Source: Octopus sinensis
Taxonomy: Eukaryota
Length of the DNA stretch: 64,000 nt
Reading direction: 5' to 3'
NCBI RefSeq assembly: GCF_006345805.1
Contig: NC_043017.1
Location: 1,860,001-1,924,000 of the forward strand
Shown here: positions 12,500 through 25,730 of the stretch, piece by piece
Position numbering within the stretch: position 1 is the stretch's first letter
Layout: every line of letters starts with the position of its first letter
Notes under the pieces: model-generated
Told to the model about the DNA's origin: nothing
The model's database searches: none
The model's input: the letters and a program-made list of their open reading frames with translations, nothing else
Translations under genes and position numbers: made by a program

Positions 12500-13125
12500 A
12501 AGGTAGCAAGCTGGCAGAATCGTTAGCACGTCGGGTGAAATACTTAGCGGCATTTCATATGCCGCTACGTTCTGAGTTCAAATTCCGCCGAGGTTGACTT
12601 TGCCTTTCATCCTTTCGGGGTCGATAAATTAAGTACAAATTACGCACTGGGTTCAATGTAATCGACTTAATTCGTTTGTCTGTCCTTGTTTGTCCTCTCT
12701 ATGTTTAGCCCCTTGTGGGTAGTAAAGAAATAGGTATTTCGTCTGTCTTTATGTTCTGAGTTCAAATTCCACCGAGGTCGACTTTGCCTTTCAACCTTTC
12801 GGGGTCGATAAATTAAGTACCAGTTACGCACTGGGGTCGATGTAATCGACTTAATCCCTTTGTCTATCCGTGTTTGTCCCCTCTATTTTTATCCCCTTGT
12901 GGGCAATAAAGATATAAGAAACGTTACACACCAGGCGAAATGCTTATCAGTATTTCGTCTGTCTTTATGTTCTGTGTTCAAATTCCGCCGAGGTCGACTT
13001 TGCCTTTCATACTTTCGGGGTCAGATAATTAAGTACCGATAAATTAAGAACTAGAACTGGGGTTGATCTAATCGACTGGTCCCCTCCCCCCAAATTTCGA
13101 TCCTTGTGCCTAGAGTAGAAAGTAT
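12500..13125 (+). mobile_element. SINE family A, tandem trimer
   Basis: Three head-to-tail copies of the B-box plus central domain (units start ~12500, 12733, ~12921). The third carries a different 3' tail (CCTTGTGCCTAGAGTAGAAAG). Confidence 0.9.
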
Positions 13126-13236
13126 ATTCCTCTCTATTACTCTCTTTTTTTCTCTTCTCCCCATCAAAATATATTTGACCTTTGTCCTTTTCGTTCCTCC
13201 AACACACAGAAACACACACACACACACAGACACACA

Positions 13237-13268
<32 letters not shown>

Positions 13269-13369
13269 AAGCATGTATTTATGCGTACACAATAAAACAC
13301 ACACACACACAAACACACACACTGCTGGTTAGTCTCACTCCCTCTGACACGCTGTGTTTCTGTCTGTTT

Positions 13370-13701
13370 GTATGTCTCTCTCTTTGTCACTTTGTCTCTT
13401 TCTTTCTCTTGTTCTCTGTCTCTCTCTTGTTCTCTGTCTCTCTCTCTCTCTCTTTCTCTTGTTTTCTCTCTGTCTTTCCTTTGTTCTGTCTCTCATTCTC
13501 TCTCTCTTTCTCTCGTTCTCTTCCTCTTTCTTTCATACCTCCTCTCTCTATCTGCCCATACTCACACAAATATACTGAAAACACCCCCACACACACGCAC
13601 ATACTGCCCTTTATCATTCTCAATGTTTCTGTCTGCATATCTCTCTCTTTCTCTGGTTCTCTCATTCTTCCTCCCTCACCCCACCTCTCTCTCTCTCTTC
13701 C

Positions 13702-13751
<50 letters not shown>

Positions 13752-13756
13752 CATCC

Positions 13757-13807
<51 letters not shown>

Positions 13808-13808
13808 C

Positions 13809-13872
<64 letters not shown>
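13370..13872. repeat. CT-rich polypyrimidine tract followed by (TCTA)n
   Basis: Direct inspection. Confidence 0.95.
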
Positions 13873-14455
13873 CCTCATACACACACACATATTCAGAAAA
13901 ACGCGCACATGCACACACACACGCACACAGAAAAACATTCACACACAATACATACTTTACTGATTTCTTTCTCACTTCACATTTTCACATTTTCATTCCA
14001 CTCCTTTTTCTCTAATTTTTCCCCCAGTAAATTTCTCTCTTCTCCTTTCTCACTTAACGCTTCCGAACCAATCTCCCCTTCCATTGTACACACGCATACA
14101 TATGCCTACGCGAGCGCACATACACACTTTATTCAAGTCCACTGCCCTGTGTAGCCAGGCCCTCCCAGGAGATTGGTGTCAACGACTATTCTTAATTAGC
14201 TTTCATCCCTTTAGTCGACCCTCATCGTCCTTATTCACTAATGGATGTCATTGACAATAACATCAATTATTGCCATCCTTAATGCACAATTCTGGGCAAG
14301 GAAAAATCAGCTCTTAACATCAGCGCCATTATGAACACGGCGGCGGATTTTAATTCCTTTCCATTCGACTCGGACGTTTTAACTTTAATTTGTTGTGTAT
14401 GTCGATACATACACGCGCATGTGGGTATGTATGTGTGTGTATGTATGTGTGTGTG

Positions 14456-14509
<54 letters not shown>

Positions 14510-14511
14510 TA

Positions 14512-14714
14512 CCGATCGTGGCGCCCCCAACCCCGGTCTCCTATTCATTAGTGTACCTCGTGTACGAAATGCATTCACCCAACGTAAGATTGTCTTACGG
14601 GTGGGAACAGTTGAAATGATGTCGAAACTCACGCTGAAATACTGTGACAAACTCGTTATTCTTCACGTAACTGTCGTAGGCAAACACGCGACGCTCTATC
14701 GTCCACAGTGCCAT
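14512..14714 (-). pseudogene. N-terminal HTH fragment of a mariner/Tc1-superfamily transposase (DUF4817-type, rosa/DD41D-like)
   Basis: From ATG 14714: MALWTIERRVFAYDSYVKNNEFVTVFQREFRHHFN, a frameshift/deletion, then VPTRKTILRWVNAFRTRGTLMNRRPGLGAPRSV, truncated at a (GT)n tract. Recognised by resemblance to the W-T-x-E-x-R-V-F...F-R-x-x-F...P-x-R-x-T-I-x-R-W-V-x-x-F-R-x-x-G HTH pattern. Confidence 0.75.
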
Positions 14715-14833
14715 GGCTTCATCGGGGAAAAAGTTTTAAGACACCACGAACCGAATGGTACCTCTCGCACATAAACCTCTCTCCCTGGGGCTGAGTGACA
14801 GTCATTTCAAAAACATCCATATATAGATATACA

Positions 14834-15249
14834 GGCGTAGGAGTGGATGTGTGGTAAGTAGCTTGCTTACCAACCACATGGTTCCGGGTTCAGTCCCACT
14901 GCGTAGCACCTTGTGCAAGTGCCTTCTACTATAGCCTCAGACCGACCAAAGCCTTGTGAGTGGATTTGGTAGACGGAAACTGAAAGAAGCCTGTCGTATA
15001 TATGCATATATATATATATGTTTATGTGTGTGTGTATATTTGTGTGTCTGTGTTTGTCTCCCAACATCACTTGACAACCGATGCTGGTGTGTTTACGTCC
15101 CCGTAACTTAGCGGTTCAGCAAAAGAGCCTGATAGAATAAGTACTAGGCTTACAAAGAATAAGTCCTGGGGTCGATTTGGTCGACTAAAGGCGGTGCTCC
15201 AGCATGGCCACAGTCACATGACTGCAACAAGTAAAAGAGTAAAAGAGTA
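14834..15249 (+). mobile_element. SINE family B (tRNA head, CORE-like CACCTTGGGCAAGTGTC domain, internal TA/TG microsatellite, AAAAGAGT tail), full length
   Basis: Head GGCGTAGGAGTGGATGTGTGGTAAG, B-box GGTTCAGTCCC, internal microsatellite, tail CAAGTAAAAGAGTAAAAGAGTA. Collinear with three other full copies. Confidence 0.92.
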
Positions 15250-15309
15250 TATGTATATATGCATATATATATATAATACTAGATCCCCCAAAACGAAGAA
15301 CAAACACAA

Positions 15310-15470
15310 GAAAAACACAACAACGCGAGGACGTGGTATATGCAAAGTATTAGCAGACGCTCGGGAAAAATGAAAACGTCTTTTATGTTTCGAGACTACG
15401 CTCTTCAACAGAAAGGAATAAGAAAAAATAAACAGAGAGACAATGAAAAAAACTTGTAGATTGGGCGGGC
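15310..15470 (-). mobile_element. Short non-autonomous repeat with a degenerate hammerhead-like core (Penelope-like terminal remnant), copy 1
   Basis: The reverse strand TTTCTGTTGAAGAGCGTAGTCTCGAAACATAAAAGACGTTTTCATTTTTCCCGAGCGTC is closely similar to 42461-42520 on the plus strand. Confidence 0.55.
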
Positions 15471-17613
15471 CAGCATATATGAATATGCTTTCTTGCAGTT
15501 TATTAAGCAAGTAGATGGTAGCTCGTAGAACGGCTACCCGGCCTTTCAGTTGCAACATATTCACATCTATATTATATTTCTCTACCTCTCTGTCACGCTC
15601 TGTATCCATCTACACACACACAAACACACACACTCACACGCACACACACAAGCTCACACACACACACACACACACCACACAAGTACACACACGCTTACAC
15701 TCACGCGCATATACGTTTGCGTGTGTTCATGAATAAGTGTGTAGTTTGCAGCAAATGTATATCGGAGATATCATATATTAGCTAAACATTATAAAGCCTC
15801 TTGTTCAGCAAGATCTCACTCAACTCTGCCAAAAGAAAAAAACAAACAAACAAACAAACAAACAAACAAACAAACAAAATAAAACCAGCGTTGCTCCATA
15901 CATATTTCAACTTGTAGCATTTCTGGTAGCTTATATTAATTATATAAACAAAGAAACACGTCATAGCTTTTAACAATAAAATATTTGTATGCAGTTCACA
16001 TTCACAAGAATTGTCATGAATAATAGCAAAAGAAATGTCAAATCATCGAAGTGATTGCAATGAAACTGTAAAATCATATCAAGAAATTCATTATAATCAT
16101 CGACTGGCAGGTAAGCAGAGTAATTGTATCAATTTGGCTGATGTGGAAGCTGCACTGAAAGAGCACACATCTGGGTGTGGGGGTGGAGTCCCTCTCCTCC
16201 CCTGCCACTCTGTCCGTACATGTATGCATATGTATTTGTGTGTGTGTGTGTGTTCATATGTATATTAAACATATATTACATATATATATGTGTGTTTACA
16301 TGTATGTGCGTGTGAACACACCCACAGACGGACATATATGTGTTCATGTATACGTACATATATGTGTGTCTATATATATATATATATATAATATATATAT
16401 ATGTATACATATGCACTTCTCGTCATTAAGATATTGCTTTCAGCAAAGCTATTTAATGTCTGCCACCCTATGAAATATGCATGCTCTATGGATGTGAACA
16501 TTTAAAATCAACCCAATCATACGAATGTATGTATGTGTATATGTATATATGTATGTATGTATATATGTGTGTATGTGTGTGTTTATAAGTATATATTTAT
16601 ATATATATCAGTAGTGACACACACACACAGACAGATATAAACACAAATTATTTATCAAACAAATGAAAACAAATTGTTAGTTGATTATTCATAGAAATAT
16701 ATCTATCATTAGGCGATTAGTTCAATGGATGTTCCCCGTGTGTGACGTTCCCAGATATATTACGATCAATAAATGAAGTAATGCTGCGAAATGTAGTAAA
16801 ATCCTTATCTTACGACATTAAATGAAATTCATCCTGATGTATGTAATGCCATATGGAGTCGACTTTTCGTAATGGAGCATCCATTAGAGGTGGTCAAAAT
16901 AGTAGTTAATTCTTATTTCTACAACGTCCGATTCTTCTCAATTAGTGAAAAGATATATATTGTGCTATCATAGTTATCAAAATGGATTTCCTAACTTTGA
17001 TCAAAATTCTGTGTAGTTAGTTCTGAAAGAGATTTTAAAGAAAAAAGGAATGAAAGTTAATAATTTCTGTCATCACTCGTTTCCGTTTCAAATTAACATT
17101 TTTTGAGGAACTTTAAGGTAAAATTTAACAGCGAGGCTACAAAAATCCTGGACCCAAAAGTGGTTTAAGGGAAATGCTATCAAAGGATTCAGAGACACGC
17201 TCCTTCTTTGCTTATATGAAGTCGGTCAAACGAGAAATACACTCTTAGACAGATAATTTAAAAGTTAAAGAAACGTATACAACTTACATTATAAAAAGAA
17301 AATATTTTTCTTGCCGGTGAAATAAAGTATTACATTTTTATGCATAGATACGTAATATACACTTTTACTCTTTTACTTGTTTCAGTCATTTGACTGAGAA
17401 TTTGTATCTGTATTACAAATGGTCAGCCTTGTCACTTTCTGTATGGCATTGAATCTCCCTAAGAACTATGTTAAGGGTACGTATGTCTTTTAAATACTCT
17501 GACACTTGTCCGTTAATGTCACGAGCAGGCTGATCACATCACCTGGAAGCCACGCCGACTGTCAGTTTCATTCCTTCGTAGAGTCATTGCAAGTAATATG
17601 ATACAAATCGCTA

Positions 17614-18012
17614 TACTCTTTTACTCTTTTACTTGTTTCAGTCATTTGACTGTGGCCATGCTGTAGCACCGCCTTTAGTCGAGCAAACCGACCCCAGGAC
17701 TTATTGTTTGTAGGCCTAGTACTTTTTCTATCGATCCCTTTTGCCGAACCGCTGAGTTACAGGGACGCAAACACACCAGCATCGGTTGTCAAGCGATGTT
17801 GGGGAGACAAACAAACATACACACACACACACACACACATTCATATATACGACGGGCTTCTTTCAGTTTCCGTCCACCAAATTCACTCACAAGGCTTTGG
17901 TCGGCCCGAGGCTATAGTGGAAGACACTTGTCCAAGGTGCCGCGCAGTGGTGCTGAACCCGGAACCATGTGGTTAGTAAGCAAGCTACTTACCACACAGC
18001 CACTCCTGCGCC
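17614..18012 (-). mobile_element. SINE family B, full length
   Basis: Reverse complement of the 14834-15249 structure from head to tail. Confidence 0.92.
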
Positions 18013-18063
18013 CGGTATGTCAATAACATATATGCTTATGTGTTAATAATCGTCGACTAAAGG

Positions 18064-18282
18064 AAGGCGGATAGTGGGCAGAATCGTCTGCCCGCTGGGC
18101 AAAGGATGCTTAACAGCATTTCGTCCGTCTTTACGTTCCGAGATTCGATCCGTCGAGGTTGGCTTTACCTTCAGTTCATTCGAGGTCTATGAACTAATTA
18201 CCAGTTGAGCACCGGATGTCGATGAAATCGAATTACTCCTCCCCCGAAATTGCTGGCCTTGTGCTAAAATTTGAAATCAGTG
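18064..18282 (+). mobile_element. SINE family A, diverged copy with AATTGCTGGCCTTGTG...AATTTGAAA tail variant
   Basis: A degenerate head, B-box and central domain are recognisable in order. Confidence 0.7.
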
Positions 18283-19904
18283 TAATTGATTAAAGATGTG
18301 CTCCAGCATGATTGTATTTCTATAACTGAAATCGGCAAAAGTGTTTCTGTAAGCGTCAATGGGGAATGGAAACCAAATCGTTAATTTACTGCCTCTTAAC
18401 GACGGTCTCCTCTCAAATCATCATTACAATACTTTTATGAGACACGAGCAAACAAACGCCAACCCTAACCACCTTATTAATATCTTGAACGACGAAGTGT
18501 CGTCTGTTGGAGGACAGAGTAACACGTCAGTTGACAGAGGAATGCATTAACAATGATATTCCCTTTTTTATTATTATTCTTTCACTTGTAAAAAAAAAAA
18601 AAAAAAGAGATCGGTTGAAAGAATGGGTGAAAGAAGTCAACGGGGAGCGGAAAAACCAGGACTAAAGAAAAATTCAATTTTCAAAAATGAATTAATCCTA
18701 ACCTAATTTGAAACCTTGATTTTATGTCCGTTTTATTCCCATTAGAAAATCCAGAGTGATTATTATAAATATCTCCAATTTTAAATCTTATTCCTCTCCT
18801 TCTCTCTTCCTTTCTCTCCCATTTTTCTCTCTTTTCCGTCGCCGCCTCCGACTCTCTCACAACTGAACGTGTATTTTGTTGTCAATAGGAAAAGGGTGAA
18901 AAGTTGAACTATAAAATGCTGGACATTTTTGCAACAATAAAAGCTAGAATTTCACGAAAGGAATTTGATTAATGTCTTCAAATCATAGCAAAACAGAATT
19001 GCATGGAAGATGAAGGATATTACTCTATGTCCTTTTCTAAATTATTCTCAGCCAATTTGGTCATTATTTCACTGATTTCCGTTCTTTTAAATCGATCTTC
19101 ATCATTTGGTGCGAGATGCTGAGCTATTTTAGCTAATTCTCTTTTGCTAGCAAAGCAGCAGGCTGGCAATATTTTCAACCTTATTTTCTCTTTCTCCCTC
19201 ACTTCTCTCTCTCCCCCACGCCCAAATTACCCTCTCTTTCTTACCATAACTACTCCACCACTCTCTCTCTCTCTTTCTCTTTCCCCTCTCTTAAACTTGC
19301 TGCCTTTCTCTCTCCTCACATCTATTAATCTATCCATTCGTCCTATCCTGCTGCTGTCACTGCTCCGTCGCCAACAACACCGTCGACTTTACATCATTAG
19401 TTGACACCTCTGTGCTCTTCGTTTGTGAAATCATATTTTTCCACACATTCATTTCCTGGAAATGCAATCGCTGGGATGTTCAATCACATTTCTCAATTTC
19501 CTGGCAATAATTTCTTCATCTTGAGGACATTTCGCCCTGTTTCCGTTCCTACATGCTTGTGAATTCCTGTAAACCTATATAATTTTTCCCATTCAATCAC
19601 ACTCAACTCAACCAGACGTTCTTCATATGAAACTGGCTGCTTCTTTATAACATAATATAGTTATGATGAGCAGCTCAAACTAATTTCCCTACAATCTCGT
19701 TTTCAATTTTCAGTAGGATCTAATACATATGTACACACACACACAAACATACACACATGCACGCATATACGCAAGCACCCACACACATACACACATTTTC
19801 TCTCCTTTATCCTCGCTTTCCTTCAGTTGCTCTCAATTTTATTTCCTTCTAAATTCACATTCTGTCTATCTAATCTCTATATCAAACCTCTCTGTCGCAG
19901 TCTG

Positions 19905-19937
<33 letters not shown>

Positions 19938-20037
19938 NNNNNNNNNNNNNNNNNNNNNNNNNNNNNNNNNNNNNNNNNNNNNNNNNNNNNNNNNNNNNNN
20001 NNNNNNNNNNNNNNNNNNNNNNNNNNNNNNNNNNNNN
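19938..20037. other. Assembly gap (100 N)
   Basis: Exactly 100 N after a (TCTA)n tract. Probably a placeholder of unknown true size. Confidence 0.99.
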
Positions 20038-20134
20038 TCCGTACGTTCGTAAAGTAGTTACAAACGAATATACAGAAATGCATGCGAACGGAATTCATCA
20101 CAGATATACATAGCTTTCAGATCATGTATAATTT

Positions 20135-20497
20135 TATTTTTTTATTGTTCACAAGGAGCTAAACATCAGTGCATAACTGGTACTTATTTTATCGACCCCG
20201 AAAGGATGAAAGGCAAAGTCGACCACGGCGGAATTTGAACTCAGAACGTAGCGACAGACGAAATACCTATTTCTTTACTACCCACAAAGTGCTAAACACA
20301 AAGAGAGCAAGCAAGGACAGACAAACGGATTAAGTCGATTACATCGACCTCAGTGCGTAACTGGTGCTTATTTAATCGACCCCGAAAGGATGAAAGGCAA
20401 AGTCGACCTCGGCGGAATTTGAACTCAGAACGTAGCGGCAGACCAAATATTGGTAAGCATTTCGCTCGGCGTGCTAACGTTTATGCCAGTTCACCGT
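20135..20497 (-). mobile_element. SINE family A, dimer
   Basis: Two tandem units on the minus strand with junction AAAGAAATA|GGTATTTCGTC at 20268/20267. Confidence 0.9.
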
Positions 20498-20693
20498 ACT
20501 GTACGGAGAGTAATATTCAGAGAACTACAACAGACGTGAAAAGAGGTATCATTCCGTACAGTAAGGAAGTAGAAATCTTGATGTGTTGAAGCCAGTGAAA
20601 TGAAACGCAGGTACAACGTTTAAATAGAAGTAAATGAACGGAAAATACACCCATTCAAACATGAGACAGGCTGTGGACAGATGCACGCTTACA

Positions 20694-20775
<82 letters not shown>

Positions 20776-20780
20776 CTCTC

Positions 20781-20854
<74 letters not shown>

Positions 20855-21652
20855 CCACATAGACACACATGCTTACATACATAGATATGCATGTGGCCAT
20901 TCATATATATATACTGATATTCGCACACACGCATATATATTTATTCACACGCGTACACGCACAGTCATACACACATACATATATGCAAATACATACTTTC
21001 GCTTTTGTTTGCTGTTAATTAAGAATGTTTGGCATAATGTTAATTATGCCTGGTGGAAGAAAGGCAGCTAAGAAGAATACAAGCAAATTAATTAATAGCA
21101 ATCTTCATACAATTGTTCACTCATTCAGTATTTGCTTTTTTTTCTTCCATTTCTTAATTCTTTTGTACATTTTGTTTTTTTTTGGGGGGGGGGTTCTATT
21201 TGTTTCTGTCATCCTTCCTCCTCATCACCTATTCTTTCTAGCAGTTGCCAACAGCATTCTTTTTCGCTCTTTGAAATTTCAATTTGCATCCCTTCTGTTG
21301 GGAAAATAAGCTGGCAGATATATTCTTTAATATGATCTGCAATTTGTACGCTAATTTTATTAATCAAGGATTTTAGAAAATTTTAATCCTTTCAAGAACT
21401 AAAACTGTACATTAATAATCAGTAGAGAGAAGGAAACGAAAGAAATATTACAAGGCACTGTACATTAGTTGCTTTTACAGAAGAAGATTTCATGGGGAAA
21501 TATCATTACTACCTGTAACTTGTCTTAGAAAGACCAAAGAAATATTTTTTTAATGACTGCCCTAGATTTACAAGGGAAAAACGTAATAGATACCAGCTCA
21601 CTGATTTGAATTCGTTGTTATTTATTTGTATAACAAATATTACTTGACATAA

Positions 21653-21750
21653 AAGGTGGCGAGCTGGCAGAAACGTTAGCACACCGGGCGAAATGCGTAG
21701 CCGTATTTCATCTGTCGTTTCGTTCCGAGTTCAAATTCCGCCGAGGTCGA
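21653..21750 (+). mobile_element. SINE family A, 5' fragment
   Basis: AAGGTGGCGAGCTGGCAGAAACGTTAGCACACCGGGCGAAATGC...GAGTTCAAATTCCGCCGAGGTCGA. Confidence 0.85.
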
Positions 21751-21885
21751 TCTATAACCATAAATCACTTTTGTTCAGTCGGAAATGTGTCTAAACTTGA
21801 TCATTTGGTTCCTCACCATCTAGCTCCTTCTAAGATTAATTAAAAAATCTACCCATCATTGAAGCATAGACTTGGTACCAACTCT

Positions 21886-22188
21886 TTCCTGTGTAGCACC
21901 AACACAAGTAATATAATGTGAGCCGTCTATAATCATATTCAATGAAAACGACAATGGTTAGCACCCACTGAAAGAAATGGAAGCATTCCCAACTCTGATT
22001 TACTTCTAAGAAACGTTATGCTCTGTGTTTGAAGGGATATGAATGGTGTCTTCCACAATGAAGTGTTAGGCCAAACCGAAGCCATTAACGCAGTTAATCT
22101 TGTGCAGGCATTGCACAAAAATTTGCTGATATATCGCCCGTCATTGGTCACTGATGATGAGGAGGTAAACGAGGATGCAAGACCACTT
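21886..22188 (+). pseudogene. Ancient mariner (DD34D-type) transposase catalytic-domain relic
   Basis: One frame reads FLCSTNTSNIM*AVYNHIQ*KRQWLAPTERNGSIPNSDLLLRNVMLCV*RDMNGVFHNEVL...RPSLV...EDARPL. This aligns with the mariner pattern FLxRIVTxDEKW..Y.N..RKRQW....P.P.LHP.KVMLCVWWD..G..H.ELL...RP.L......HDNARPH. Three in-frame stops. Confidence 0.7.
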
Positions 22189-22454
22189 AATGCCCATAAT
22201 TTTCTTTTTTAAATATGGATTCGCCTCATTCTCGTTAGTCTCCTTCAATATTTAGCAAGAAGAAAGGTTATTAGTTATGGAGAGTTTAAAAAATGATACT
22301 GAACGTTTTTTCGCTTCGAAACTGGAGTATTTTACACCCGAAATATCATCAATTTCTCAAATAGATAGGATTATGTTTCAATAATGAAAAGAAATATTAA
22401 CGACTTTAACATTATCAATTAAAACCAAATATGCATTTAATTAGCGTCTTCATA

Positions 22455-22663
22455 ATGATTTCAAATTTCGGCGCAATGCCAGAAAGTTCAGGGGAGGGGG
22501 ACAATCGATTACATCAACTCCCATTCTTCAACTGGTACTTATTTTATCGACCCCGAAACGAGGAAAAGCAAATCGACTTTGGCGGAATTTGAACTCAGAA
22601 CGTAAAGACGGACGAAATGTCGCTAATCCTTTTGTCGAAGCAAGCTGAAGATTCTGCGACCTC
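22455..22663 (-). mobile_element. SINE family A, tail variant, diverged
   Basis: Reverse complement of the B-box, central domain and AATTTGAAAT tail. Confidence 0.8.
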
Positions 22664-23510
22664 ATTGGTTTCGGTAGCTTCTTGATAATGTGGTTAATTT
22701 CGAACAACCTTTTCTTCTACCCACATCACTTTATCATATCAATGTCTAATGGAGAGATAATTGAGACCGTACCCACACTCAATGATTTATGCCAAATCTG
22801 AAGGAGACGAACTTTATTTTGTGTACTTGAGGGGATCGTGGGCTTTTGGCCAAGCTTTACAGAAGTTAAGTGATTCCGGCCGGTGAATGGTGTGTGTGTG
22901 TGTGTGTGTGTGCATGTGTAGTTTTTACGAGTATCACGAGTGAAGGAATGTTAGATTTCTTAGAGCTCACTGAGTATAGATTCCGAACCGTTTGTCTCTT
23001 ATGGGGACAAAATATTTTGCTGTGGGGAAAAGTTGACCCTCTCCTAATAGCGCTTCACCAAAATCTCCCTTAATTTTGAGCTGATTGGATACTACTGAGC
23101 ATTTGACTCATACTAAGCAACTTAAAATGTTGATTATAATGATGATAAAGATGATGATGATGATGAGGATGAGGAGGAGGAGGAGGAGGAGGAGGAGGAG
23201 AAGGAGGAGGATAAATCATGATGATGATGATTCGAATGAACACATATCTTTGAACGCCTAAATGTCATGTTAGTATTTTCTCCCTCTGTCCTATACACAC
23301 ACTCACACATACAAGTATGCATACTTTTGATACATATATCTTTATATATACATATCTATCTATATATAATATATATAAATACACACACACATATGTATAT
23401 ATATATATACGTATATATATATATATATATACATACATATATACATATATATATATATACATATATATACACACATATATATATATATATATATGTACGT
23501 GTATGTATAT

Positions 23511-23569
<59 letters not shown>

Positions 23570-24274
23570 TTATATTATATTATATATGTATATCATATAT
23601 CGTATCACACACACACACACACTCACAAATATCTACATACATAGCAGGAATAGATATTGGTAATATAGTCGTGGTGTGTTGAACGCACAAGTGAGAGGAA
23701 GATGGTGTTGGATAAGATTTGACATTTGATGGTGCTGACGATAACGCGAGAATGGGGCAAGTGGAGAAAGAAAGAAGGGAACGAAAACGAAGACAAAGAA
23801 GCGATGTATAACTAGATTAAAAACATCAAGTTTTGCGGGGAAAGGTAAATGAAAAGTTGTGACGCCAAGACGGCAGCCATTTTCTGGAAACTACAGGAAC
23901 ACAATTGATAATATGATTGTCTCCCAAGAATTTGACTCTTTCATACGAAAACATTTGCAAAACTTACCAAATAACAACAACAACGATAAACGTATTCTAT
24001 GTAAAAAAAAAAATATAGAGAATTCGAGGAAGTCAAAGTGAAAGAAAATAAGAATGAAAATAAAAAGAGAATGAAGTTTGAAAGAAAACTAAAAGACAAT
24101 GAAATTAAGTAGCAGAGAAGTAAATTTAAAATAGAATATGATTGTCAGAGAGATGAAATGATATATGTAAAACAAATGAATATTTTAGATGTAATGTGTA
24201 TGTGCACATAGGTAAATTACATGCATGTAAAGAATGTGAAGAATCTATAGAATACTCTAGTTGCTTCTATGTGT

Positions 24275-24648
24275 GGAAGCACAATGGCCCAGTGGTTAGG
24301 GCAGCGGACTCGCGGCGGTTGTAGGATCGCGGTTTCGATTCCCAGACCGAGCGTTGTGAGTGTTTATTGAGCGAAAACACCTAAAGCTCCACGAGACTCC
24401 GGCAGGGGGTGGTGGCGAACCCTGCTCTACTCTTTCACCACAACTTTCTTTCTCACTCTTTCTTCCTGTTTTTGTTGTACCTGTATTTCAAAGGGACCAG
24501 CCTTGTCACACTCTGTGTCACGCTGAATTTTCCCGAGAAAAATACGTTAAGGATACAGGTGCCTGTGGAGTACTCAGCCACTTGCAAGTTAAATTCACGA
24601 GCAGGCTGGAAGCCTCGTCGTCGTAACCGACGGAGTACCGTAGTAGTA
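24275..24648 (+). mobile_element. tRNA-derived SINE, family E (full length)
   Basis: tRNA-like head TGGCCCAGTGGTTAGGGCAGCGGACTCG...GGTTTCGATTCCC. The 3' region CAGCCTTGTCACAC...CCACTTGCAAGTTAAATTCACGAGCAGGCT is shared with fragments at ~17420-17550 and ~63307-63410. Confidence 0.8.
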
Positions 24649-24661
24649 TTTTTATGTAATA

Positions 24662-24710
<49 letters not shown>

Positions 24711-24752
24711 GCCCACACACATATCTAAATATATATATACACACACCCACAC

Positions 24753-24797
<45 letters not shown>

Positions 24798-25730
24798 TGG
24801 GGGTCTATATATGTGTATGTGTGTATTTCTTTCAATATATGTATATATATATATATGTATAAATAAATATATATATGTATACATACATACATACATAATA
24901 CATACATACATACACACATACACAGAGACATGCAGGAAGTAAATAGACACCTTTAATTTTCAAAATTTCTGACCTAAGCGTCTTAATATGCTTTCAGCGG
25001 TGTAGAATTTACAATGTAATTATTGTTTTTTATTCCAACCTTGTGGTTGGTAAGCAAGCTACTTACCACACACCCACTCCTTCGCCAATACCTAAATAGT
25101 AAGTTAAGAGCCCTAACATAATGTGTTAATTTGTCAGAGAATTACAAGGGCTTACACGGAAACCCCTTTCCAGAATTCATTTTTAGTCCAGTCAAGTAGT
25201 AACCATTTTATAGTTCTGTCTAAGTAGACAATAGCTTATAACCTGGAATATGGAGACAGAGTTATTGGTTTATGTCGGACACAAACGTTGAAGGCAATGC
25301 TTTCATTTCCATTATCACCTGTGTTGATATTATTCAAGCTTTACGGCAAACTTAGTATATTCGTCTGTGGCTTAATTCTGCAATGTCGTATTCAAACCGA
25401 GCATTCTAGAGATATGTATCTCGGTTTTCTCTGGAGAAGAAATCAGATAAAAACAATGATTCGATGGATGGAGTTTTGCAAATGACGAATTTACAGGAAA
25501 TATGTTGTAACTACAATATCAACAGTGAACAATTCAAGTATATGTTGTTGTCGTTTGTTGTTTTTGTGTTTTTACTTTGTTGTTGCTGTGTATCTTTGGT
25601 CTTCGTGCAGCAATGCTACAACCATCAAATACTTCCCAAGATATAGGGCTTCAAGGACTAAACATCTCTACGTGTCCTTCATAGAACTATATCGTGTAAG
25701 TTCAACGAAATTCGTTCGTTATAGTCTTTC

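Noticed and set aside
19020-19640. Protein-like fragments on the minus strand (ELAKIAQHLAPNDEDRFKR...; VSYEERLVEL...; QACRNGNRAKCPQDEE...)
   Set aside because: Poor acceptor context for the first fragment and stops or frame changes in the others. SYEERL resembles a CR1/L2 RT C-terminus but is too short to call. A TBLASTX search would be needed.
24275-24350. tRNA-like sequence (and similar heads in the other SINE families)
   Set aside because: No complete cloverleaf or acceptor stem, and each continues into a SINE body. These are SINE heads, not tRNA genes.
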